Origin: an uncultured Collinsella sp.
GTDB lineage: Bacteria; Actinomycetota; Coriobacteriia; Coriobacteriales; Coriobacteriaceae
Assembly: GCA_900759565.1 (NCBI GenBank)
Contig: CAAEVV010000043.1
Coordinates: 18,851 to 82,850 of the forward strand
DNA: 64,000 nucleotides
Direction of reading: 5' to 3'
Part shown: in pieces, positions 38,562 to 46,952 of the stretch
How the letters are laid out: every line of letters starts with the position of its first letter
Position numbering within the stretch: the stretch's first letter is position 1
The notes under the pieces: model-generated
Databases searched by the model: none
Told to the model about the DNA's origin: nothing
What the model saw: only the letters and a program-made list of their open reading frames with translations
Position numbers and translations under genes: made by a program

Positions 38562-41042
38562 ATGAGCCCGCAGTCAATCGAGGTACGTGGCGCGCGCGTC
38601 CATAACCTCAAGGACATCGATATCGATATTCCGCTGGGAAAGCTCGTGGGTATTGCCGGCGTGTCAGGCTCGGGCAAGAGTTCGCTGGCGCTGGGGGTTC
38701 TTTATGCCGAGGGCTCGCGTCGCTATCTGGAGGCTCTCAGCACCTATACCCGCCGTCGCCTAACACAGGCCGAACACGCCCAGGTGGACGAGGTGCTGCA
38801 CGTGCCGGCGGCGCTCGCATTGCATCAGCGCCCCAGCGTGCCGGGCGTGCGCTCGACCTTTGGTACCATGACCGAGCTCAACAACAGCCTGCGTCTGCTC
38901 TTTAGCCGCTGCGCCCATCACGTGTGCCCGCATTGCGGGGCGCGCGTGGAGCCGAGCCTTAACGTGGCTGCGGGCCTGTCGCTCACGTGTCCGACATGCG
39001 GCCACGAGTTCTACGCCCCGAGCGCCGAGGACCTTGCCTTCAACAGCGGCGGTGCGTGCCCTACCTGCGGCGGCACCGGTGTCATGCGTGAGGTGGACGA
39101 GACGAGCCTGGTGCCCGATGAGTCAAAGACCATCAACGAGGGCGCAGTGCTTCCCTGGGGTACGCTCATGTGGGACCTGATGAAACAGGTGGCCGGCGAG
39201 ATGGGCGTACGCACCGACGTGCCGTTTAACCAGCTCACGCCTCAAGAGCGCGACATCGTGTTCCATGGTCCGGCGGTTAAGAAGCACATTCTCTACGTTC
39301 CCAAAAACGGCGACGGCGCCACGCCGCTCGACTTTACCTATTACAACGCCATCTATACCGTCGAGAATGCGCTCGCCAAGGTTAAGGACGACAAGGGCCT
39401 CAAGCGCGTTGCGCGCTTTTTACGCGAGGGGCCATGCCACGATTGCGGTGGCACGCGTCTCTCCGAGGCGGCACGCCAGCCCCAGGTGCGCGGTATCAAT
39501 CTGGCGCAGGCGGCGGCCATGACGCTTGGTGATGCGATTGAGTGGGTGCGCGGGGTGCCCGCATCCTTGCCGACCGAGATTCAGCCCATGGCAGCGGATA
39601 TCTGCGATTCATTTTTGGGCGCGGCCCGTCGTCTGGTCGACCTGGGTCTTGATTACCTTTCGCTCGATCGCGCCGGTGCCACGCTCTCCACGGGTGAGCG
39701 CCAGCGTGTGCAGCTCGCCCGCGTGGTGCGCAACCGATCGACGGGGGTGCTTTATGTGCTGGATGAGCCCTCAATTGGCCTGCATCCTGCCAATGTCGAC
39801 GGCTTGGTTAGCGTGATGCGCGATCTGGTGGATGACGGCAACACCGTGGTTGTTGTCGACCACGATACGCGCGTACTGGCGGAAGCCGACTATTTGGTCG
39901 AGATGGGCCCCGTTGCCGGAGCGGGCGGCGGTAACGTGATCGCTGCCGGTACGGTAGACGAGGTCGAGCAATCGCAAAGCAGCCGCATCGCCCCGTTTTT
40001 GCGCGCAGAGTCCAAGCGCTTGCGTCCGCAGGTGACTGACGAGGAAATGTTCGACCAGGGCCATATCCGCATGGCGACCGATGCCATCCACACCGTCAAG
40101 CCGCTCGAAGTCGATATCCCGCGCGGTCGCTTGGTTGCGGTTACGGGTGTTTCGGGTTCGGGCAAGACGACATTGGTGCTCGAGACGCTCATTCCGGCGC
40201 TCAAGGCGCAGGCAGCCGGCGAGCGCCTGCCGGGACACGTGCGTTGGGTCGATGCCGAAGGTATTGCCCGCGCAAACCTGATTGACGCTACGCCCATCGG
40301 CGCCAACGTGCGCTCGACGGTGGCGACCTATGCCGACATCCATGATGAGCTGCGCCGCGCCTTCGCCCATACGCCCGAGGCCAAGGCAGCCGGTTACAAG
40401 GCGGGTGCCTTTAGCTACAACACCGGCGCCTTGCGCTGCCCTACGTGCGATGGCACGGGCTCGATATCGCTCGACGTGCAGTTTTTGCCCGACGTCGAGA
40501 TCGTCTGTCCGGCATGTCGCGGTTCTCGTTATGCAGACACGGCTTCGCGTATCCATCGCGAGGGCAAGGACGGGAGCTTGCTTACGTTGCCGCAGCTCAT
40601 GGACTTGAGTGTGGACGAGGCCATCGACGCCACGGTGGGACTCAAGAAGGTTCAGACGCGCTTACAGACCTTGCACGACCTGGGCTTGGGTTATCTCACG
40701 CTCGGTGAGCCCACGCCGGCGCTCTCGGGCGGCGAGGCACAGCGCCTTAAGCTCGCGAGCGAGATGGGCCGCGTGCAGGATGATGCCGTATTCGTATTTG
40801 ACGAGCCTACGATCGGCCTGCATCCGCTCGATGTTCAGGTGCTGTTGAACGTGTTTGACGGCCTCGTTGCCAAGGGCGCCACAGTTATCGTGATCGAACA
40901 CGATCTCGACCTTATCCGTAACGCCGATTACGTGATCGACATGGGCCCGGGCGGTGGCGATGCGGGCGGGCAAATCGTCTGCGCCGGCACGCCGAGCGAC
41001 ATCGCGGCTTGCTCCAAGAGCATTACCGGTCGCTACCTATAG
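38562..41042 (+). CDS. Class II UvrA-like ABC ATPase (UvrA2/DrrC-like)
   Basis: GARVHNLK, two GVSGSGK Walker A motifs, zinc fingers, LSTGE/LSGGE signatures; about 826 aa, apparently without the UvrB-binding insertion. Confidence 0.88.
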   Translation: MSPQSIEVRGARVHNLKDIDIDIPLGKLVGIAGVSGSGKSSLALGVLYAEGSRRYLEALSTYTRRRLTQAEHAQVDEVLHVPAALALHQRPSVPGVRSTFGTMTELNNSLRLLFSRCAHHVCPHCGARVEPSLNVAAGLSLTCPTCGHEFYAPSAEDLAFNSGGACPTCGGTGVMREVDETSLVPDESKTINEGAVLPWGTLMWDLMKQVAGEMGVRTDVPFNQLTPQERDIVFHGPAVKKHILYVPKNGDGATPLDFTYYNAIYTVENALAKVKDDKGLKRVARFLREGPCHDCGGTRLSEAARQPQVRGINLAQAAAMTLGDAIEWVRGVPASLPTEIQPMAADICDSFLGAARRLVDLGLDYLSLDRAGATLSTGERQRVQLARVVRNRSTGVLYVLDEPSIGLHPANVDGLVSVMRDLVDDGNTVVVVDHDTRVLAEADYLVEMGPVAGAGGGNVIAAGTVDEVEQSQSSRIAPFLRAESKRLRPQVTDEEMFDQGHIRMATDAIHTVKPLEVDIPRGRLVAVTGVSGSGKTTLVLETLIPALKAQAAGERLPGHVRWVDAEGIARANLIDATPIGANVRSTVATYADIHDELRRAFAHTPEAKAAGYKAGAFSYNTGALRCPTCDGTGSISLDVQFLPDVEIVCPACRGSRYADTASRIHREGKDGSLLTLPQLMDLSVDEAIDATVGLKKVQTRLQTLHDLGLGYLTLGEPTPALSGGEAQRLKLASEMGRVQDDAVFVFDEPTIGLHPLDVQVLLNVFDGLVAKGATVIVIEHDLDLIRNADYVIDMGPGGGDAGGQIVCAGTPSDIAACSKSITGRYL

Positions 41043-41043
41043 G

Positions 41044-41078
41044 CAATGTGACAAAGGGACTGCCTCTTTGTCACATTG
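41044..41078. repeat. REP-like element, family B
   Basis: caatgtgacaaag-ggactgcct-ctttgtcacattg, 1 nt after the uvrA2 stop and 4 nt from the convergent ATPase stop. Confidence 0.75.
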
Positions 41079-41082
41079 ATTT

Positions 41083-42183
41083 CTATTTCACGCATTGAGC
41101 CGCGAGATAGTCGCGGAAGAATGGCAATTCAAATGCGACGAGCCCTCGTCCTCGTTCTCCGATGATGCCGGCATCTATCATGCGGCGTCGGTAGCGGGAG
41201 ACCTGCTGCGGCGAACGCTTAAGGCGCTCGATAAGGTCGGCGGTGGTGGACTCTTCTTCGTCATCGAGCATGGCGATGAGGAATCGCTTGTCCTCTGCAG
41301 TGAGTTCCCGATAGGTTGCCGCGAGGATTCGGTCGTCCATCTCGTCGCGCGCGATTTTGATTCCCAGGTCAAAGTCGCGTGACGAGATTTTCTTCGAATC
41401 GTTTGTGAGATCCCAGGCACGGTAGCCTACGAGTTGCAATAGGAAGGGAAAACCAGAGATCGAGCGAACGGCTCTATCGATTCCCTCAGCATCTGCCAGG
41501 CGATCGTTTTCCTGGATTGTGCGAATCAAGGCCTCTCGCACGTCATAGTCGGCAATGCGACCCAGATGATATTGTTGGGCGCGGCGAAGGAACGAGACCG
41601 TCTTGTGGTTCAGCAACGTCGAGACGTTGTTGGGAAGTCCCGCCATGAGCAGCGCGACGCGTCTCCCATCGGTCACAAAGTGCTGATACGTCGCTGCGAG
41701 CTGAATCATCTCGTCGAGTGTCGGGTCCACCTCGTCAACCGTGACGAGCAGACCGGTGCCCGCTTCGTTGAGCTGGTCGATGATGTCGCTCATGCGATAC
41801 CGCCAGGTTGAGGCATCGTGAACGCGACTGACCTCGATGCTGCCGAGCGGTGCAATTCCGAGACCGGTGACTTCGAAGTGGTTGGACGGGTCGATAAGAT
41901 GGCCGGCAGCACGTTTCGCCCCGAACTCGATTTCCTCAAGCATTCCCGGGAGCGCGGTCGTCTTTACGGCAATCCAGCCGTGGGATTCCGCCCTTGTCGC
42001 GAGCGACGACATGAGAGCGGTTTTACCGGTTCCACGAGCGCCTGAGAAGATCGAGGTCAATTCTGGGCGCCTGCGCTGGCTCAAGAAGGCGCGGTCCAAA
42101 TCCCGAATAATCTGTTGTCTGCCAGCGAGATGGGCAGGAACCTCACCAAAACTGGGGGTAAACGGGTTCTCGAGATATTTCAC
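41083..42183 (-). CDS. AAA-family ATPase with C-terminal winged-helix (paralogue of 37418..38536)
   Basis: NPFTPSFG, GARGTGKT, VTVDEV, FLRRA, GFPFLLQLVG, YRRRMIDAGII..RGLV.F.LP. Confidence 0.85.
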   Translation of the reverse strand: MKYLENPFTPSFGEVPAHLAGRQQIIRDLDRAFLSQRRRPELTSIFSGARGTGKTALMSSLATRAESHGWIAVKTTALPGMLEEIEFGAKRAAGHLIDPSNHFEVTGLGIAPLGSIEVSRVHDASTWRYRMSDIIDQLNEAGTGLLVTVDEVDPTLDEMIQLAATYQHFVTDGRRVALLMAGLPNNVSTLLNHKTVSFLRRAQQYHLGRIADYDVREALIRTIQENDRLADAEGIDRAVRSISGFPFLLQLVGYRAWDLTNDSKKISSRDFDLGIKIARDEMDDRILAATYRELTAEDKRFLIAMLDDEEESTTADLIERLKRSPQQVSRYRRRMIDAGIIGERGRGLVAFELPFFRDYLAAQCVK

Positions 42184-42206
42184 ACGGCTCTCCTTTCACA
42201 CCGCCG

Positions 42207-42236
42207 TTTAACTTCATTTTACTTTAGTTAATTCTG
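42207..42236 (-). repeat. Degenerate 3 x 10-bp tandem repeat upstream of AAA ATPase 2
   Basis: Minus strand CAGAATTAAC TAAAGTAAAA TGAAGTTAAA. Confidence 0.5.
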
Positions 42237-42299
42237 ATTAAAAGTGAGGGCCTATATCTAGAGCATCAATTAGGCGTGTGTGCCATCGACGTGGCGCTC

Positions 42300-42334
42300 G
42301 AATGTGGCAAAAGGATAGTCCCTTTGTCACATTC
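42300..42334. repeat. REP-like element, family B (contains the trmL stop codon)
   Basis: gaatgtggcaaaagg-atagt-ccctttgtcacattc. Confidence 0.7.
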
Positions 42335-42926
42335 CCGGAAAGCCTGCCTGGCGTAGGGCCTCGTAGAGGACGATGGCGGCGCTGTTGGAAAGGTTGAGGG
42401 CGCTGATGCGGTAGTCATCCGGGTTGACGAAGTTGCCGCAGATATCCTGCCGAAGGATGGCCTCGTGGCCGTCCTCGGTATGTCCCAGCGATTCCTCGTG
42501 GGCTTCCCAGGCCTCGGCGTTATCGAGCGAATCGCAATCGCGCAGCATCGGGATGCGCTCGCAGCGCTCGGGCGCTGTGGCAAGCAGTGGCTCGGGAATA
42601 CCCGAGCTCTCGCTGCCAAAGACCAAATAGTCACCGTCGCGGTAGGTGCTTTGCGCATAGGTCCTGCGCGCCTTTTTGGTCAGCAGATGCAGACGCTCGT
42701 CGGTAGGGGAGAGGCCGTTACGCGCAAGGAAATCCTCCCAGCTGGCATAGGTCGTCACGTCCAAGTTTTGCCAGTAGCCCAGTCCGGCGCGACGTACCGT
42801 CTTGTCGTCGAGCGAAAACCCCAGCGGCTCCACCAGATGCAGGCGGGCGCCGGTAACCACGCAGGTGCGGCCGATATTGCCCGTATTGGCCGGAATCTCG
42901 GGCGCATACAGCACAATGTTGAACAT
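42327..42926 (-). CDS. trmL: tRNA (cytidine/uridine-34-2'-O)-methyltransferase, SPOUT family
   Basis: PEIPANTGNI.R, LHLVEPLGF, RRAGL.YW, FGSESSGIP, LNLSNS. Confidence 0.9.
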   Translation of the reverse strand: MFNIVLYAPEIPANTGNIGRTCVVTGARLHLVEPLGFSLDDKTVRRAGLGYWQNLDVTTYASWEDFLARNGLSPTDERLHLLTKKARRTYAQSTYRDGDYLVFGSESSGIPEPLLATAPERCERIPMLRDCDSLDNAEAWEAHEESLGHTEDGHEAILRQDICGNFVNPDDYRISALNLSNSAAIVLYEALRQAGFPGM

Positions 42927-43021
42927 GAATCTCCTTGGCTCAGAACGAAAAACCACCACGAAGGGCACCTTCGTGGTGGTTTGGCGGTTACGTAAGCGGA
43001 AAAATACCCGCTTGGATAAAC

Positions 43022-44152
43022 CTAGGCGCGGTGCCAGTCGGTCAGGCAGGCATCGAGGGAGGCGATGAGCGCATCCTTGTCCATGTGACGGCCGATGATG
43101 CACAGGCTCGTCATACGGTCGCCCGTCTCGTCGTCCCAAATCTGCATGATCTCGGGGTTCTCGTCGATGATCTTCTGTTTCTCGCCCTCGGGCGCCGAGT
43201 CGACAAACAGGCCGTTCTCCATCAGACGCATCTGGTGGCCGGCCTGCTCAAACATGTAGCACATGTCCGGATCGCCGGTCTGCCACAGCGGGCCTTTGAC
43301 GCGAATGACCTCGTCGGGCCACTCCTGCTCAACAAAATCGGTGAACTTCTGCAGGTCAAACGGCTTACGGCGCGAGTACACAAAGGTCTCGATGTCGTAC
43401 TCGAGCACCTCGGGGTCGTCGTGCTCCTCGGGATGCTCCATGGCCTCGATCCAAGCGGCGGAGTTGTAGGCGCGCATAAAGTCGAAGCGGTCGGTATCGA
43501 GCAGCTCCTCCATGGGGACCTCGCCGTTTTGAGCCTCGACAATCACGGCGTCCTTCTGCAGGCTGCGCACGATGGCCTTAAGCTCGGCGATCTGCTCAGG
43601 GCTAACGGTATCGGTCTTGTTGAGGATCAGCGTGGAGCAGAACTCGATCTGCTGGATGAGCAGGCTCTCGATGTCGTCCTCGTCGATATCCTCGGCCAGC
43701 AGGTCGCGACCGCCGTTGAACTCGTCGTACATGCGGGCACAGTCGACCACGGCCACGATGTTGTCGAGCGCGAGCTTAGGCTCGCCGCCCACCTTGGCCT
43801 CGTCGCAGAAGCTCGAGATGGTGTAGGCGATGGGGATGGGCTCGCAAATGCCCGAGGCCTCGATGATGATGTAATCGAAGTTGCCCGAATCGGCGATGCC
43901 CTGCAGCTGGTTGGCCAGGTCATCCGAAAGCGTGCAGCAGATGCAGCCGTTGGTGAGCGGGATGAGGTCGTCGGTCTCGGAAAGGCCGCCGTCGGCGATG
44001 AGGCTGGCGTCCACATTGATCTCGCCGATATCGTTGACGATTACGGCGGCGCGGATACCGCCATCGTTAGCGAGGATGTGGTTGAGCAGCGTGGTCTTGC
44101 CGGCACCGAGGTATCCGGTAAGCATGATGATTTTCACGGGTTTGTTGGGCAT
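43022..44152 (-). CDS. COG0523/CobW-family metallochaperone GTPase
   Basis: GYLGAGKTT, VNDIGE, GCICC, EASG, NKTD, RVKG. Confidence 0.9.
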   Translation of the reverse strand: MPNKPVKIIMLTGYLGAGKTTLLNHILANDGGIRAAVIVNDIGEINVDASLIADGGLSETDDLIPLTNGCICCTLSDDLANQLQGIADSGNFDYIIIEASGICEPIPIAYTISSFCDEAKVGGEPKLALDNIVAVVDCARMYDEFNGGRDLLAEDIDEDDIESLLIQQIEFCSTLILNKTDTVSPEQIAELKAIVRSLQKDAVIVEAQNGEVPMEELLDTDRFDFMRAYNSAAWIEAMEHPEEHDDPEVLEYDIETFVYSRRKPFDLQKFTDFVEQEWPDEVIRVKGPLWQTGDPDMCYMFEQAGHQMRLMENGLFVDSAPEGEKQKIIDENPEIMQIWDDETGDRMTSLCIIGRHMDKDALIASLDACLTDWHRA

Positions 44153-44238
44153 GTGCCCTCCTTTGTTAGACATGGCTTACAGTTGAATCATATGCCAAAC
44201 GCCTGCTCTTATACCCACGCGCTGGCAAATAACACAGG

Positions 44239-44580
44239 CTACTCCCAGGCTCCCCATACATCGGGGCAATAACCGACGGTGGCCTTTTTGCCGTTACGCA
44301 CGATGGGCTCGGCTAGAACCTGCTGGTTCTCGAGCAACTTGTCGAAGCGCTGGCTGGGGGTGAGGTGCTGGATGAGCGCGAGCGTCTCCTCGTCCTTGGC
44401 CTTGGGGTTGAGCAGCTTGTCGATACCGCCGACCGCCTGCATCACGCTCGTGAGCTCGCCCTTGCTCATCTCCTTTTCCTTAAGGTCAATAAACTGCACC
44501 TTAATGCGGCGCTCTTTGAAGAAGCGCTGTGCTTTCTTGGTATCGAAAGACTTTTTGGTGCCAAAAATTTGCACGTTCAT
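44239..44580 (-). CDS. ArsC/Spx/Yffb-like protein
   Basis: IFGTKKSFDTKKA.RFFKER, PIVR, VGY. Confidence 0.8.
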   Translation of the reverse strand: MNVQIFGTKKSFDTKKAQRFFKERRIKVQFIDLKEKEMSKGELTSVMQAVGGIDKLLNPKAKDEETLALIQHLTPSQRFDKLLENQQVLAEPIVRNGKKATVGYCPDVWGAWE

Positions 44581-44597
44581 GTATTTGTTCCGCCGTT

Positions 44598-45224
44598 CTA
44601 CCTGATGAAGTTGGTGCGCTCGCGATCGGCTTCGGGGGCTTCGATACCGGCGGCCTGTCCTGCCTCGATACAATGCAGGAGCCAGGCCATGTTCTTGCCG
44701 ATGTTGCGCATGGTGGCCAGGCCCTCGGCGTCCTGGGCGGCCTCGCCCGGCATGGCGCCAAACACGTTGTTCCAGTACGTGGAAGCAACCACGGGCATCT
44801 GGTTGATGGTGAAGTACTTATTGAGCACGTCGAAGGTGGTCGACGTGCCGCCGCGACGGGCAACGGCGACGGCAGCGCCCGGCTTGTGTGCAAAGGCTTT
44901 GCTGCCGGCATAGAATGCGCGATCGAGGGCCGAAAGGATGCGTCCGCTGGGGTGCGCATAGTAGACGGGCGAGCCAAAGACAAAGCCATCTGCCTGCTCG
45001 GCGGCAGCGATCAGCTCGTTCACCACGTCATCGTCAAAGGTGCAGCGGCAATCGAGCTTGCCGCACTGACCACAGCCAATGCAGTCGCGAATGGGCTTGG
45101 TGCCCAGCTGAAACACCTCGGTATCAATGCCTTCGGCATTGAGTTGCTCGGCGACCTCGGCGAGTGCGCGGGCGGTGTTGCCGTTTGCCTTGGGGCTGCC
45201 ATTGACCAAAAGAACCTTCATCAC
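44598..45224 (-). CDS. Flavodoxin-like iron-sulfur flavoprotein
   Basis: NGSP..GNT, CIGCGQC..C, GSPVYY, RRGG, STYWN. Confidence 0.88.
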   Translation of the reverse strand: MMKVLLVNGSPKANGNTARALAEVAEQLNAEGIDTEVFQLGTKPIRDCIGCGQCGKLDCRCTFDDDVVNELIAAAEQADGFVFGSPVYYAHPSGRILSALDRAFYAGSKAFAHKPGAAVAVARRGGTSTTFDVLNKYFTINQMPVVASTYWNNVFGAMPGEAAQDAEGLATMRNIGKNMAWLLHCIEAGQAAGIEAPEADRERTNFIR

Positions 45225-45295
45225 AAACTCCCTCTGCTGTCGGTGACTTCTGCAGAGGATTATCGCACGATGGGGGAGGCGGTGTGGGCGCGGTG

Positions 45296-46825
45296 CTAAT
45301 CCAGTTTGGTACCTGGCACCTGCACGGCTTTCCCGAGCAACGCTTTGAGCTCGTTCAAAATCGAAACGGGTTGACGGTCGACGCCGTCCAGATGGAGCGT
45401 GGCCACGCGAATGGGCGGCTGATATTCAAATGGGCCAAAGAGCACGGGCGAACCCAGGAACCGCTCGATTTCCTCTGCAATCGTATCGGTTTCTTCGGGA
45501 TCAAAGTCGTCGAAAAGCGCCACGAACATCGGCCCCGTCGAGCGGAACATACGACCCTTACCGCGCGAGCATTCCACCAGACAGGCGGCACATTCTGCCA
45601 AAACACGGTCGCCCGCATCAAAGCCAAAACGGGCATTGACCTGAGCGATATCATCGATTTTAATGGCGATCAACCCCGCCTTGCGCGCCACGCGGCGCAT
45701 CTCTCCAATGGCGTTGACCAGGGCGTGAATATCGCCCAGGCCGGTCACGGAATCAGTCGTATCTGCCAAGCTTCGGTTGATGATAATGCCCACATACATG
45801 CTGGGCTCGGTATCGGTGCCGTCCAAGCGGTAGCCTGTGCAGTCGCAAAGCGCGTACGCTCCGGTGGCATCCATTACACGATACTGCATGTAGTGGAAGT
45901 GCCACGTGCCGTTTATCACCATGTCGAGCTCGGCGCGTACGTTGTCGCGGTCCTCGGGGTGTACGCGGGCAAGCCACATATCGACCGAGTTAAAAGGGTG
46001 CTGGGAGGGCAGGTCAAAATCGCGTACGGCGTTGACCGACCATTGCGATTCGCCCGTATCGAGATTGAGGATAAACGGATAGCGCGTCTCGGAGCTCATA
46101 GAGATCGCTTGGAATACGCGGTCGTTGCACGGAAGCTGCTCGGCAATTGGGTGCTGCGGCGCGTCATTGTCTTTCGGCTGCTGCACGCGATGCATAAGCT
46201 TATAGCGATACATCTTGCAATCGGCATCCATCGTCATCTGGCGACGCGTGTCGCCGGCAAGTGGATTGACGCGCGAGCAGCCAAAGCTAAAGCTACCGAT
46301 CATGGGCGCCTTGCCGCCCGAGCTCGCCTCGATCAGTCCGGTACGTACCTGCTCCAAGCGCTGCTCGAGTTCAGTCTCGTTTGCGGAGGGCGAGATAAGC
46401 ACAAACTCGTCTCCACCGATACGGAACAGCATCTCATCGTGCTCCATGGTTTCGGAGAGCGTGCGGCAGATGCTCAGAATATAGCGGTTGCCTTCGGCGT
46501 GGCCGAACCTATCGTTGCAATGCTTGAGATGGTCGATGTCAATATAGGCGCAGGTAAAGGGTTCGCCTTTGCGCCAGAGTTGCTCGACGTGACGGTCGAA
46601 TCCGTTGCGGTTGCCCAAGTTGGTGAGCGGATCGATATAGGCGTTGCGCTCAAGCAGCTGGCGCTCTTGTTGCAGGATGGCATGCGTCTTTTGCAGTTGC
46701 TCGCCAACGGCGCGTAGCCCAGCAGGCAGCGCGGCAACATCGAGTTCGGCGGTCGAGACGCCGTTCGCAAGTCGCTGAAGATAGGCAATAATCGATTGCT
46801 CGCCCAGGCGATACGACTCGTTCAT
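45296..46825 (-). CDS. Diguanylate cyclase (GGDEF - PAS - degenerate GGDEF)
   Basis: DPLTNLGNR, DIDHLKHCND.FGH.EG, RIGGDEF; PAS3-like VHPEDR; second domain has RSTGPMF. Confidence 0.85.
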   Translation of the reverse strand: MNESYRLGEQSIIAYLQRLANGVSTAELDVAALPAGLRAVGEQLQKTHAILQQERQLLERNAYIDPLTNLGNRNGFDRHVEQLWRKGEPFTCAYIDIDHLKHCNDRFGHAEGNRYILSICRTLSETMEHDEMLFRIGGDEFVLISPSANETELEQRLEQVRTGLIEASSGGKAPMIGSFSFGCSRVNPLAGDTRRQMTMDADCKMYRYKLMHRVQQPKDNDAPQHPIAEQLPCNDRVFQAISMSSETRYPFILNLDTGESQWSVNAVRDFDLPSQHPFNSVDMWLARVHPEDRDNVRAELDMVINGTWHFHYMQYRVMDATGAYALCDCTGYRLDGTDTEPSMYVGIIINRSLADTTDSVTGLGDIHALVNAIGEMRRVARKAGLIAIKIDDIAQVNARFGFDAGDRVLAECAACLVECSRGKGRMFRSTGPMFVALFDDFDPEETDTIAEEIERFLGSPVLFGPFEYQPPIRVATLHLDGVDRQPVSILNELKALLGKAVQVPGTKLD

Positions 46826-46863
46826 GATGGATAACCTCCTTGGGCGGAACAACGGTTTGTATC

Positions 46864-46894
46864 ATATCCCCAATTCGGTTTGAATTGGGGATAT
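46864..46894. repeat. Perfect inverted repeat between the GGDEF genes
   Basis: atatccccaattc-ggttt-gaattggggatat. Confidence 0.55.
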
Positions 46895-46952
46895 AAGTTA
46901 GCTAATGGAGACAAATATCCCCTTCGACGGTGGCGTTTTGCGCGCGAGCGTA

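Noticed and set aside
38562..41042. Canonical uvrA
   Set aside because: It is shorter than class I UvrA and appears to lack the UvrB-binding insertion, so no symbol was assigned.
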